Source: a virus
Length of the DNA stretch: 64,000 bases
IMG/VR virus record: IMGVR_UViG_3300032268_001605
Span: 32,001 to 96,000 of that record
Strand: one strand, 5' to 3'
Shown here: in pieces, positions 1-10,298 of the stretch
Numbering within the stretch: the stretch's first letter is position 1
How the letters are laid out: the number at the start of each line of letters is the position of its first letter
Notes under the pieces: model-generated
What the model was told of the DNA's origin: nothing
The model's input: the letters and a program-made list of their open reading frames with translations, nothing else
Database searches by the model: none
Position numbers and translations under genes: made by a program

Positions 1-294
1 GGAGTGCACAATGAAATCCGGAAGTTCCATTTCACCGTCTATACATATATCTAACAGGTAATCAGCAGCATCTTTGCCGTTCCACTCCCTGCCACTCCCA
101 TCAAAACTATCTATATCGTGATCGAAAGAAACTAAGTCTATATTTTGAATGTTTTGGTCGACATATTTTGTGAAGTCGAAATAATTTCTTATTACAACCC
201 AATCGTACCCGTCAAAGTTTGGTACCAAGTTGTTGACAAACTGAGGTGCCCTTTCGTCATCTAGGAATATGGCTAGTTTTTTATCTTTTTGCAT
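1..294 (-). CDS. Cyclic-phosphate-processing receiver-like domain protein (runs off the window edge)
   Basis: My translation from ATG 294: MQKDKKLAIFLDDERAP...VSFDHDID...GKDAADYL...FIVHS. The LDDER, SFDHD and VHS motifs match this family. Confidence 0.7.
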   Translation of the reverse strand, partial: MQKDKKLAIFLDDERAPQFVNNLVPNFDGYDWVVIRNYFDFTKYVDQNIQNIDLVSFDHDIDSFDGSGREWNGKDAADYLLDICIDGEMELPDFIVHS

Positions 295-742
295 AATTTT
301 CTAAAAATTTTTTTTCAGCTCTTCTTAAATTTTCAATACCCTTCTCATTAATTAAATCTAATACCGTATCTAAGTCTGTGTTTACTTCTACCCACCCATC
401 CACTTTGTCTATGAATAAATCAAATATTCTGTGCAGTGAGGGTCTAATGTGTTCCTTCACCTTCAAAAAATCGTATTGGTTCTTTAGTACCGATTGGCTT
501 ATGTCCCTTGTATGTTGGAAAATTAGATTGTTCACTAAAATTCCCCTATACTTGTCCATTTCCTTGGGTTGGCAAATGACTATCATATTGTAAAAATCCC
601 ACTTATCTTCCCAGTCCAAACTAGCATCAAAATTTACTTGTGCAAGGTTAGTCCTATCTACCTCACTAAGGTTAGTATATTCCCAAATCACGGTATCCAC
701 CTGTCTGGAGTAGTTTATGTGGTAAATTCTGTGTTTCTTCAT
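281..742 (-). CDS. Hypothetical protein with C-terminal DUF6576-like helix pair
   Basis: 153 aa, ending LDTVLDLINEKGIENLRRAEKKFL. Confidence 0.55.
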   Translation of the reverse strand: MKKHRIYHINYSRQVDTVIWEYTNLSEVDRTNLAQVNFDASLDWEDKWDFYNMIVICQPKEMDKYRGILVNNLIFQHTRDISQSVLKNQYDFLKVKEHIRPSLHRIFDLFIDKVDGWVEVNTDLDTVLDLINEKGIENLRRAEKKFLENYAKR

Positions 743-760
743 GTAAGATCATGATATATA

Positions 761-1912
761 TTAAACACTTACTTCATTTTTTTGTCTAGACTTCCAAAAA
801 TTTAAAATTTCAAGGTATCCACCTAATTCACTTCTGTTAATTTTTGTACAGTGTTCTCCACTCTTCTCTGTGTGTTCGACTTCGAGTGTCATTCCGTTCC
901 AGCTCATACTCCTGAATTCGATTTCAGTTTCCCTTAGGAACTCACTTATTTCTTTCTTTTCCCTTTCTATTCTCCCTCGGCTCATGTCCACCTCTGATAC
1001 TTCACCACTGCTGTCTACTTCGAAATATGATACGTGATTGTCGAACTCTTCGTCTATGAACCAATTTTTCTTCTTTTCCTTCTTAAACGATCGGTAATTA
1101 TATTCCCAAATATCATCCCCTAAATCGTTATAGTAGGAATATCTGCTACGGCTCTCACATATTTTCTGATCACGTTCAACAGGCAAACCTTCCCAATCTA
1201 CCAAAGATGCAACCCTACATAATTTCTCTAAGTGTAGAATGTCTTGCGTCTCTCTCCCAGTATGCTCATTTTGATAACCTACTGAAATATTCGTACATTC
1301 TGGATATATTGACATAAACTGATATGAATCAGTGTAAACACCAGTTGGATCTGCACTATAGTTGAAGTCACATAGTATAGTATCTTCCACTTTAGATTTT
1401 CTATTCAATTCCATAGAAAGTGCCTCAGCAAAAGTTTCTGAGCAACATCTACTACTAGATTGAAAAGTAATTACTGAACCAGTACCACGTCTATCAAATG
1501 AAATTACCTTTTTTATATTTGGAAGTGGATTCTCTCTGTGTAGTTTTGATACAGCTTTTGAACCGATACAGCCCCTTTCCTCTCCTAAAAAGAAATAATA
1601 TAATCCAGGGATACCTTTCTCTATTAGATAGATCATAATTGTTACACCTGCTTTATCATCAGCACCTAATATGGAAGTTCCATCTGTTTTAATCAAATTC
1701 CCTTCAAATATGTGATTTACTGCCCTTTTATCACTGGAGGCAGTATCTAAGTGTGAAGTAAACATTGTATTGGGACTTTCACCTAATTGGATGTATAGAT
1801 TACCGAATTCGTCTGAATGAAGTCCACTTGGTAATAAGTGAAACAAGCCTGACTCAGTGCCGTGTGGATAAGTTTCTGATGTTAATTTTAAAAATGTTTC
1901 CTTAATATTCAT
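761..1912 (-). CDS. M20/M28-family metallopeptidase-like protein
   Basis: Motifs SHLDT, GADDKAG, GEERG, FDRR and NEH. Start placed at MNIKE because a TAnnTTTG box lies at 1934-1941 (-). Confidence 0.8.
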   Translation of the reverse strand: MNIKETFLKLTSETYPHGTESGLFHLLPSGLHSDEFGNLYIQLGESPNTMFTSHLDTASSDKRAVNHIFEGNLIKTDGTSILGADDKAGVTIMIYLIEKGIPGLYYFFLGEERGCIGSKAVSKLHRENPLPNIKKVISFDRRGTGSVITFQSSSRCCSETFAEALSMELNRKSKVEDTILCDFNYSADPTGVYTDSYQFMSIYPECTNISVGYQNEHTGRETQDILHLEKLCRVASLVDWEGLPVERDQKICESRSRYSYYNDLGDDIWEYNYRSFKKEKKKNWFIDEEFDNHVSYFEVDSSGEVSEVDMSRGRIEREKKEISEFLRETEIEFRSMSWNGMTLEVEHTEKSGEHCTKINRSELGGYLEILNFWKSRQKNEVSV

Positions 1913-2002
1913 TGTAAGTAATTTTTGATAATACAAATATAAATAAAAAAATTAACATTTAAAAATTTTTCAACACAATTTTTTTATATATATACTTTCA
2001 TT

Positions 2003-4294
2003 ATGGCGAATATATCAACTAATACTACCACAGGCGAATTAATATTAAGTGACTCTTGGTCTATATCAGCAACCGGACCCAGTGGACCACCTCAGTTTTC
2101 TCAAGCTGGTGATGAATTTATCTACAGTTATATAAATTTAGAACACGTTGAGACTCTTAAAAATTTCAACTTTGATTACACTGGGCAAACCGAATTGAGA
2201 TATTTAGAAGTTTACTACCGAATTAGTAGAGATCAAATTGCATGGACAGATTGGTTATCAATCACAGATAATAAACTTACACTTAGAAATGATTCTATAA
2301 GCTTTTATGAAAATACTACACGTATCACTAACTTTCCACCATTTAGTTCAAGAGACACTATGTTTCTTGACCTTAAGTTTACAAGAGAGGGACTTTCGAA
2401 TATTGGAAACATAAAATTACTAGAATATCAACTTCAAGGAACACTTGAGAGGAATATAGTAGACGGACTTAGTCAAGTTGCGTTAACAACCACTACCGAC
2501 CCGGTTATAATAAAACCACCGTTTATTTATAAAGTTTTCAAAATTGAAGATATTGAAATCATTTCAAATAGCACAATAGATGTAGACTTTACAGTCAAAT
2601 ATAGATTTTCACAAGATTATGGTAAATCTGTTACAGACTGGGAATTCTTAACAAAAGAAAATATAAGTTCAGCTAGAATTACACCAATTAGATTTTTCCA
2701 AATTGAATACCTCCTGCAAGTTAACAACACATCAGTAATTATCTATGACATCAACCTAATTGGGGATTTTCAAAACGTGAGCCTAGACTACTTCAAAACT
2801 AATTTATATGGAATTCGAGAAGATTGCAATTGTTTGAAATTGGGTATCGTAAATGATCCATCGACTTTTCCCGAAATTCATCCCGGTGTAGAGATTAAAA
2901 CACTACCTACTGGCGTGGAAGCTCTTTCACCTCTACCCCAATTATCAAATGAACAACAGGCAAACCTGTTTAAACCTTACCAATTACAACAAGCTACTGA
3001 CTTGCTGAATAAAATGAGTAATGATGCTAATTCAATTTTCGGACACGAGGTTGTTTATTTTCTAACTGACCCAGATAAAAAAGGAATTGATTACTCTTTC
3101 CATGAATATCAACTCTATAACTTTGTATCTGAATGTCTTATTAAAGTTTCTGTAGAAAATAATCAATTTCCTGAGAATACCGGAGCTATAAACCAATTCG
3201 ACCTCTCACTTTTTGACTCTTTTGAAATTCATATTCCTAAAAAAGTTTTTAAAGAATCATTTGGTGCAGATAAAAGACCATCTAAAGAAGACTTCTTGTG
3301 GTTTTGCGATATAAATAAAATGTTTCTTGTAGAACACTCACAAGCTTTTAGAAGTTTCAATAATAATTCTATCTATTATAAACTCATGTTGAAAAAATAC
3401 AATCAAAAAGCAAATGTTATTGGTAATAATAAAACAATTTCAGATAAACTCAATGCACTCACAAGAAATTCAACTATTGATGAGTTATTTGGATTAGAAA
3501 ATCAACAAGATAAAGACTCTGTTGCTAACCAAAATCAATTTAGAACACTCACTCAAGACCCAGTCAGATCTATTATCAGTGCACAAATTGTTAAAGAATT
3601 TGTCTTCAATGCAGAGAATATAATAAGCAATTACCATTACGACCTATCCACTGTAAACTTTACAGCAACACAGTCTAACCCAGCAGTAATCTATCAAAAC
3701 TTCAAAAGATATTTCAATGAAGGTAGTAACCTCTCTTTTATGTGTTGGTTTAATATTAATAACTTTGCTATAAACGATAATTATCATCTTTTTAACTACT
3801 ATGATAACACCAATCTTTTTGGTTTTGATGTTAACATAACAAATAATATTTCTACCGTGAAGTGGAACTCCAATAGTTACTCTATGACACTCAATAACTC
3901 ACTTGAAGAAGAAACTTGGTATGGTTATTTAGTAAATGTGAACCAAAGACAAAGAAAAATAACCCAATACATCTATAAAAGAAATGTAGATGATGAAGAA
4001 GATGCAGAACAATTGACATCAACCCACTTGAGACAAGTTTATAAAATGGAAGAGGACTTGACACCAGTAATATTCACCTTAGATGGTATTGAAGCTAAGT
4101 TATTAAGTTCTGACATGAAAATTACCAATATTAGACTATTCACTGAAACAGTACCTGAAACAGAAATTAATAAACTTATGAACCAGAATATACTGAGAGA
4201 TGATACTAAATATTTACTATTAGGTGATAACGCTAATAAAAAATTAGTCCTACCTAATTTTTCAATTGGTCAAATTGGTGAAGGTGAGGTTTAA
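2003..4294 (+). CDS. Probable virion structural protein (neck/gp14-like middle region, LamG/ConA-like C-terminus)
   Basis: 763 aa, preceded by TATATATA. The segment FGHEVVYF...DYSFHEY resembles neck proteins; LSFMCWFNI/EETWY/ITNIRLF resembles a beta-sandwich. Confidence 0.5.
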   Translation: MANISTNTTTGELILSDSWSISATGPSGPPQFSQAGDEFIYSYINLEHVETLKNFNFDYTGQTELRYLEVYYRISRDQIAWTDWLSITDNKLTLRNDSISFYENTTRITNFPPFSSRDTMFLDLKFTREGLSNIGNIKLLEYQLQGTLERNIVDGLSQVALTTTTDPVIIKPPFIYKVFKIEDIEIISNSTIDVDFTVKYRFSQDYGKSVTDWEFLTKENISSARITPIRFFQIEYLLQVNNTSVIIYDINLIGDFQNVSLDYFKTNLYGIREDCNCLKLGIVNDPSTFPEIHPGVEIKTLPTGVEALSPLPQLSNEQQANLFKPYQLQQATDLLNKMSNDANSIFGHEVVYFLTDPDKKGIDYSFHEYQLYNFVSECLIKVSVENNQFPENTGAINQFDLSLFDSFEIHIPKKVFKESFGADKRPSKEDFLWFCDINKMFLVEHSQAFRSFNNNSIYYKLMLKKYNQKANVIGNNKTISDKLNALTRNSTIDELFGLENQQDKDSVANQNQFRTLTQDPVRSIISAQIVKEFVFNAENIISNYHYDLSTVNFTATQSNPAVIYQNFKRYFNEGSNLSFMCWFNINNFAINDNYHLFNYYDNTNLFGFDVNITNNISTVKWNSNSYSMTLNNSLEEETWYGYLVNVNQRQRKITQYIYKRNVDDEEDAEQLTSTHLRQVYKMEEDLTPVIFTLDGIEAKLLSSDMKITNIRLFTETVPETEINKLMNQNILRDDTKYLLLGDNANKKLVLPNFSIGQIGEGEV

Positions 4295-4307
4295 AAATAA
4301 AAATACT

Positions 4308-4711
4308 ATGGATTTAAATAAGAATTGGACAAGGGAAGATAATGATAAAATGAGAGAATTTATAAAAGAAAATAAATCTCCTGAATTTATAAGAAACTAT
4401 TTTAAAAATGATAAGCTTTTTTATCACCCAAAAAAAAAATACTATCAAAGTAAAAAACCTCAGTTATACCAACATTCAAAAAGAAAATAGAAAATTTTGA
4501 GGGGTACATTACTGAAATAAAATATGAAGAATTAAAAACAGATTTTTCTTTTGATTTTGAAAAATCATCTTTTTTTGAAGACGAATTCAACTACATATAT
4601 AAATTTCAAACCATTTCTGGTAATAGATACGTTGTTGACTTTATTTACTTAAAAGATACAATCGGTGAGTGCAAAAATGAGAATATATACAATATATCAT
4701 TTACACGATAG
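4308..4711 (+). pseudogene. Frameshifted hypothetical gene
   Basis: MDLNKNW...KKYYQ continues in another frame (KTSVIPTFKKKIENFEGYITE...ISFTR*) after A-runs at about 4430-4457. Confidence 0.5.
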
Positions 4712-4832
4712 GAAATATTAATTTTAATTTTTTAATTTTTTAACATATATTATATATAAAAGCTCTGTATGTACCTTTAAACTTAATTCTATATAATTAT
4801 ATAAAAACAAATAGATTTTAATTCTAATATTT

Positions 4833-6317
4833 ATGAACAATCAGGAAAAATTGAATAAATTAGACTACCTGAGGAAAAAAGCTTCTGAATTGAAAATGGA
4901 CGTTGATTACTATAACAGTCTCCAATTATCGCTGAAGTTGATCCTTAACGGTAGTTATTTTTAGCCCCCACTAGCAATAGTGGGGGTGATTTAAGGAGCA
5001 TTCGCCACGCCATATTTTATACTTTTCAATCCAAATGTAGCAGGCACAATAACAGCAGAAGGTCGTAATCTAACCAAAACCATGTCTGATGACAATGAAA
5101 GATATTGGTATACTATGTGGCATACTGAATCTTGGGTTCATGAAAAACTTAAGATTAAAAATGTTACACAAATACCTGATAATCAACATGTTAGTGTCTA
5201 TGGGGATACTGACAGCGTCTTTGTAGGATTTGAACCAGCAATCAATTCTTGTGAGTGGAAGAATCAATTATTTAATTCTGAATACTTGAATTCAGTTGAT
5301 AAACCTTTTACTATACTTACTAAGTCTAAATTTAAGGCTAAGTTTTCTAATTCTAACCTACAGTCAGCCATACTAATTGATAAGTTAGATGATGTAACTG
5401 AAAACAAAATAAAGATTGCTTTACAAAAATCCAAGGTAGTTCTGGTTGATGGTGAGTTTGTCAAAGATTGGAATTTAGATAAAATCTTAAATGATTACCC
5501 CTTAGAGGTTTATTATAATTGGCAAAGAGAACTAGACTTCATTCACGGGATTGACAAAGTAAGGTTCGCAGATTATTTTAAACAGTGTTTAGATGATTTG
5601 GCAGCTTCCTACGGTGTTGACAACAAACAAGATTTTGAGTTAGAGAGGGTTTCTGAATCAATTATTAATATTGCTAAGAAGAAGTATATTCAACATATTG
5701 TATATGAAGATGGTATACCTTACGATAGATTGACTTACATATTCCCTAAAGGTGTTGAACTCGTTAGATCTTCTACACCTCTATTTGCCAGAGATAAGAT
5801 TATTGGTATCGTTAAATATCTTTTTGAACATCCTGATACCTTCAATATTAAGGAGTTATTGAAACTGGTTAAGAATTTAAGAAAGGAATTTGACTTATGT
5901 GTACCTGATAGAATTGATGAAATATCAATGCAGTCTTCTTGTTCAAAGTATGAAGAAAAGGTTTTGAATGACAAGGATAAATTAGAATTTGCTACGGGTG
6001 CACACTTTGCTGTTAAAGCTAGTGCCCATTTTAACTATCTACTTCATAGAAATAAGAATTTACAATATAAGTATGAGTTTATTAAATCTGGAACAAAGAT
6101 AAAATATTATTATTGCAAAGACAAATCTCTCAATGATATATTTGCTTACATCAGAGGTTCTTTTCCAGTTGAAATGAATCCACCAGAAATAGATCTTGAT
6201 ACACAGTTCGAGAAATGTATCCTATCTCCGATAAATTCGATTATCGAACCCTTGGGATTACCACTAATAAATAAAAGATTATCAGTTGTAATGGATATTT
6301 TTAGTTCTGGGTTTTAA
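4833..6317 (+). CDS. Family-B DNA polymerase, C-terminal subunit (split gp43-like), interrupted by a 36-nt insert at 4959-4994
   Basis: ATG 4833 reads MNNQEK...QLSLKLILNGSY|insert|GAFATPYF...ITAEGR, in frame with ORF 5082-6317 carrying YGDTDS, KKKY, KGVELVRSSTP and KIKYYY. Confidence 0.9.
4959..4994 (+). other. In-frame 36-nt coding gap with GNRA hairpin (candidate bypass element or minimal intron remnant)
   Basis: Sequence ttt TAG cccccacta GCAA tagtggggg tgatt TAA: a perfect 9-bp stem and two in-frame stops. Confidence 0.8.
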
Positions 6318-6319
6318 AA

Positions 6320-6349
6320 AAAAAGAGTCACCAAATGGTGACTCTTTTT
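6320..6349. terminator. Bidirectional intrinsic terminator
   Basis: aaaaagagtcacca-aa-tggtgactcttttt between convergent genes. Confidence 0.85.
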
Positions 6350-7435
6350 TTATATATTCAAGTTTTTTTCTAATAAGAGTTGTTTAGTTGAAAATCTAAT
6401 TACTTTGTCCGCATCTCTAGTTTCGAAGTTAGGTAATTTAATTTCATCTAAAGTTTCATCATCTGATTTTTCTGTCTGTAGATACAATGGGTCTATTTCG
6501 TTGAGAGGTACCTTGATTATGAAATAAGATTTGTCATTAGCTACAATTAATATGTCAGTTGTTATTTTTCTTACATCTCCTGCTGAGACTAGCTCAATAT
6601 AATCAGATGTTCTTGACTTAATTCTCGCTAAAGGTTTTACTTGTATGGTAACTTTTCTCCTATTGTTTATAATTGCAAAAGCATCTATACCCTTTTTATC
6701 TTCCTCGGTAGTTGGCTTTTTAAATTCTATCTGAGTGCCTTTGCCAAGTTCTATCGTATAATCACCAAAAACTTTGAGTGCTCTATCTTCTGTATCTTTA
6801 CCTTTTAGAGTTGTTATCTCCATTATTCTGTAATATTTATCAAAATATTTTCCTTTAATATTAAAAATATCAAACTTATTTTCTTCTAAAAAATCCAATA
6901 ATTCTCTATAATCATTTGATAAATTGAAATCTCTAATAATTGCCATTCTAAAAGTTCTGTTGTTTACCCACTTTGATAAATATTCCGTGTTTAAAATTAC
7001 ACCCTTTTCATCAACTATTCTATTTGATTTAAATGGATCTATATGTGAATAATATTCTTTAATTATATCTGCAATAGTATTCATGACTATTTTATTTTCA
7101 TCATCTGTATATGTGGCACCTATTTCATCGTAAAATATTTTTCTACTATAATCAATTGTACCAGCCTCATTTTTAGCCACAACCTTTAAAATATTTTCAC
7201 CTGGTTCAAGTTTAATTTTTTCGGCGAATAACTTTCCATTTTTCACCTTATAATTCAATTTACTAACAAATTCACCATTTAATTTTAACCATATTTGCCC
7301 ATCATCTGCCCATTTTACTATTGCTTCAACACTAATAAATGAGTCATATGTTTTTCTATCTTCTGATGGAGAAATAAAATTTATAGTAGGTCTATACTTT
7401 GGAATAAATTTATTATATTCAAGTAAAAATTTCAT
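6350..7435 (-). CDS. Ig-like domain plus PD-(D/E)XK-like domain protein
   Basis: N-terminal ...LEPGENILKVVAKNEAG (Ig-like); C-terminal EEDKKGIDAF...TIQVK. Confidence 0.5.
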   Translation of the reverse strand: MKFLLEYNKFIPKYRPTINFISPSEDRKTYDSFISVEAIVKWADDGQIWLKLNGEFVSKLNYKVKNGKLFAEKIKLEPGENILKVVAKNEAGTIDYSRKIFYDEIGATYTDDENKIVMNTIADIIKEYYSHIDPFKSNRIVDEKGVILNTEYLSKWVNNRTFRMAIIRDFNLSNDYRELLDFLEENKFDIFNIKGKYFDKYYRIMEITTLKGKDTEDRALKVFGDYTIELGKGTQIEFKKPTTEEDKKGIDAFAIINNRRKVTIQVKPLARIKSRTSDYIELVSAGDVRKITTDILIVANDKSYFIIKVPLNEIDPLYLQTEKSDDETLDEIKLPNFETRDADKVIRFSTKQLLLEKNLNI

Positions 7436-7480
7436 TCGATAATTAATTTTAGTTATATATTAAAAATTATATATAGTAAT

Positions 7481-8116
7481 ATGAAGTACCTAAAAATATT
7501 TGAAAACTTTGATATACAGCTCTCTGAAGAGATTGAGGATATCTTGAATAGTCTTACTGATAGAAAATTCATTATTAAAAAGAAGGAACCAATTGTTGAT
7601 GATTTAGGTAAAATTGAATTAGTATTCGATATTGATAAAAAATTCCAAGTTATACAAGATTTAAATATTTTGATAGAATTCAACCAATCAATATCTGATC
7701 TAACTACAGCTCTCAATAGATTTAATCATTTTTATCAAGGTAAGATTAAATTAACCGTTGATTTTTCGAAACCGGAAATCAAATTGGATTTACCAATACC
7801 CGAAAATTTACAAAAATTATTTTCAGATCTTAGAAATATTTCCTTCAGAAATGATAATTGGGTATTTCTATATGCTCCTCACTATTCAAAGTTACCTAAG
7901 TGGTTGATGGTAGAATTTATTGTTAATGTGAATACTTATGAAGTTACCGCTGAAATTTATTTCGGAAAAGATCGACCAAAAGATTGGTATGATCAGAATA
8001 AACAAATTATAGATGATATTTCAAAAGAAATAATAGAACATTTTACTACAATGTACGACTTGGAGTTTCAGAGGCAAAACGAATTAACATTTGGATTTCA
8101 TTATTATTTCAAGTAA
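7481..8116 (+). CDS. Hypothetical protein with MKYLKIFENF leader; paralogue of the IS-split gene at 25644-28327
   Basis: Shares KLDLPIPENLQKL / KLPVPDNIKKL and HF...Y.L.F segments with that gene. Confidence 0.7.
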   Translation: MKYLKIFENFDIQLSEEIEDILNSLTDRKFIIKKKEPIVDDLGKIELVFDIDKKFQVIQDLNILIEFNQSISDLTTALNRFNHFYQGKIKLTVDFSKPEIKLDLPIPENLQKLFSDLRNISFRNDNWVFLYAPHYSKLPKWLMVEFIVNVNTYEVTAEIYFGKDRPKDWYDQNKQIIDDISKEIIEHFTTMYDLEFQRQNELTFGFHYYFK

Positions 8117-8169
8117 AATAAATTCTTAGAGAAAGTCAATTTTGATATATAGTCAAAATTGACTTTTTT

Positions 8170-8560
8170 TATGCTAATAAAATCTCACGACCTATATCCT
8201 TATTACCTACACTATTTAGAAACCAAAAAAATGAATAGTGGGGCAAAGAAACTAGCTGAAATTTCAGAGTCACTATTCTTTGATTTCCAAAAAAAATGGC
8301 AACTTCAACCAGGATTTAAGGAAAAATGGGAAAACCTACTGATATCACAAAGGAGAGATGAAAATATTGAAGTAGTTCTTGAACAAGATGTCTATGACAC
8401 TTTTTTTGAAACCTTAGATGAAAATGTATTCATTCAAGATGATAGAAATAAGAACATCGAAGAGTTATTAAAAGATGATGAATTTGAAATTTTCTTAGAT
8501 AATTTAGATATAAAAACCTCAAAACAGAATGATTTGGAAGATGACATTTTTGATTTTTAA
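8170..8560 (+). CDS. Hypothetical protein
   Basis: ORF with ATG at 8170 and an acidic tail. Confidence 0.55.
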
Positions 8561-8913
8561 TAATCTACCCTTCTAGCTAAACCTTCAGTAATTAAATGTT
8601 CATTTACATTGAGTGAATCAAGAAGGATTATACCTAAATATCTACCCCACTTCTCACTTGAATCCTTTACTGTCTTAAGAGTTACCTCCTTACCTAAAAG
8701 GAGATTTCTGAGGTAATCTCTTGAGATTATACCCTTTTCCCTTTCTGTACCCTTCATTTCTGGGGCATCCAACCCGAATAGTCTAATTTGAACTCCCCTA
8801 CCATCAGAGCCCCTCCATTTTAATCCAAATCCTAAATCAATTTCAACCCTTATAGTGTCAGCATCATATATTTCTAAAACTGATGCTTTGTAATGGTATA
8901 AATAATCAAACAT
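8557..8913 (-). CDS. Thermonuclease (SNase-like)
   Basis: Motifs IYDADTI, IRLFGLDAPE, EKWGRYLG and NEHLITEGLA. Confidence 0.9.
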   Translation of the reverse strand: MFDYLYHYKASVLEIYDADTIRVEIDLGFGLKWRGSDGRGVQIRLFGLDAPEMKGTEREKGIISRDYLRNLLLGKEVTLKTVKDSSEKWGRYLGIILLDSLNVNEHLITEGLARRVDY

Positions 8914-9025
8914 AGTAATTAATTTTTTTTTTATCACTTGATATTTTTTCAAATTTACAAGAGTGGGCTTACTTATATATTATTTTTTTTTAATATATAT
9001 TGAAAATTAAAGTTTTTTTCAGAGT

Positions 9026-9493
9026 ATGAGAAATTACAAGATATCTGATAGAGAGGCGAGATTGAATCAGATTTTGGATAGAATATTATCATTTGGTCTT
9101 AAATCACTTACTAAAAATGAAATAGAATTTTTAGAGGCTTGGGGTAATTCAGATGAAATTACTCTTGAAAGACTATTAAAAGAGGGTGATCTTAAAGAAT
9201 TTAAATCTAGTGATGGTAAATTTCTATTTACCTTTTCACATACAGTAAATCTAAAGGGTACTATAAACTATTTTGGTAGGATTACTGTACCAAATTTGAC
9301 CTTTGAAGATGGTAGTAGAATATTAGGTAGTATGAATGGATATATTTCTGTACAAAAGAACGGAGATAAAATTCCCTTCTTCCAAAGTGAAGGTCATGAT
9401 ATTATAGATTTTTGTAATGGGCTAGAATATGAATTAGATAACTTTATAGATTATGTCATTGAAACTTTAAATGATGAAAAAAATAGCCGATAA
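9026..9493 (+). CDS. Hypothetical protein with N-terminal DUF6576-like segment
   Basis: LNQILDRILSFGLKSLTKNEIEFL. Confidence 0.55.
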   Translation: MRNYKISDREARLNQILDRILSFGLKSLTKNEIEFLEAWGNSDEITLERLLKEGDLKEFKSSDGKFLFTFSHTVNLKGTINYFGRITVPNLTFEDGSRILGSMNGYISVQKNGDKIPFFQSEGHDIIDFCNGLEYELDNFIDYVIETLNDEKNSR

Positions 9494-9528
9494 ATTTTTA
9501 ATATATAATAAAAAAATTACCTAAAGAA

Positions 9529-10167
9529 ATGAAACTACAGAAATTCAGCAACTTTGCTAAAAATAGAAAACTCAATGAAAACCAAACAGATTTGATGCCT
9601 GAACCAGAAGAGATGTCTGATGAATTAATGATGTCAGGAACTACGAAACCAACAATAGCACCACCAATAGTTCCAACAAAACCTAAAGAACCACAGACAG
9701 CCCCTCCAGTTATCAAACAACCAGTCGAAACACCACAAAGAAAAATGACTGAAGAAGAAGAATCAGATAATCAAATCGATACTGATTTGAATGAATTAGC
9801 AACAGAACTCGGTGCTGAAAAAGTTGGTAATGTTATCAACTATAATGGTATGGAAATTGAATTTTATTCAGAACCAATGTCTTTTGCAATCAATGGACAA
9901 GTTAAATTAAATGTAGGTGGAAAGAAAATGGAACTTAAAACTATTCAAGATGTAATTGAATATGTTACAACAATGGAACCAGGAAGTCCAGCACAAGCAC
10001 AAAGAAGTGGTAATCAAAGAGCACAAGCTCAAGGTGGACAAACACAGACTCAGACACAAGTGCCCGGTAGAGCACCACAAACTGGTGGACCTGGACAACA
10101 AAGACCCGTCACTAAAATGGGTGGACAGGCACCTACAGTTGAGTCAAAAAAATACCGTAGATATTAA
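9529..10167 (+). CDS. Pro/Gln-rich protein, likely a head-internal or scaffold-type protein
   Basis: Leader MKLQKFSNF..LNE, low-complexity linkers, TAATATATA upstream. Confidence 0.55.
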   Translation: MKLQKFSNFAKNRKLNENQTDLMPEPEEMSDELMMSGTTKPTIAPPIVPTKPKEPQTAPPVIKQPVETPQRKMTEEEESDNQIDTDLNELATELGAEKVGNVINYNGMEIEFYSEPMSFAINGQVKLNVGGKKMELKTIQDVIEYVTTMEPGSPAQAQRSGNQRAQAQGGQTQTQTQVPGRAPQTGGPGQQRPVTKMGGQAPTVESKKYRRY

Positions 10168-10190
10168 AACTTAAAATAAATAAAATCTAT

Positions 10191-10229
10191 AAGAGGCACT
10201 TTGAATATCTAAGGGCCTCTTTTTTTTTT
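10191..10229 (+). terminator. Intrinsic terminator
   Basis: aagaggc...gcctctt followed by a T-run. Confidence 0.7.
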
Positions 10230-10247
10230 AAATATTTTCAGAAAAGC

Positions 10248-10278
10248 TTTGATATTTCAAATTTAATTACTAATTTTG
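10248..10278 (+). promoter_or_regulatory. Bacteroidota-type primary-sigma promoter
   Basis: TTTG-N19-TAATTTTG. Confidence 0.75.
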
Positions 10279-10298
10279 TTTAAAATAAAACTAAAGAT

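Noticed and set aside
4959-4994. Intein or complete self-splicing intron in polB
   Set aside because: It contains stops and is far too short for an intein or a ribozyme core.
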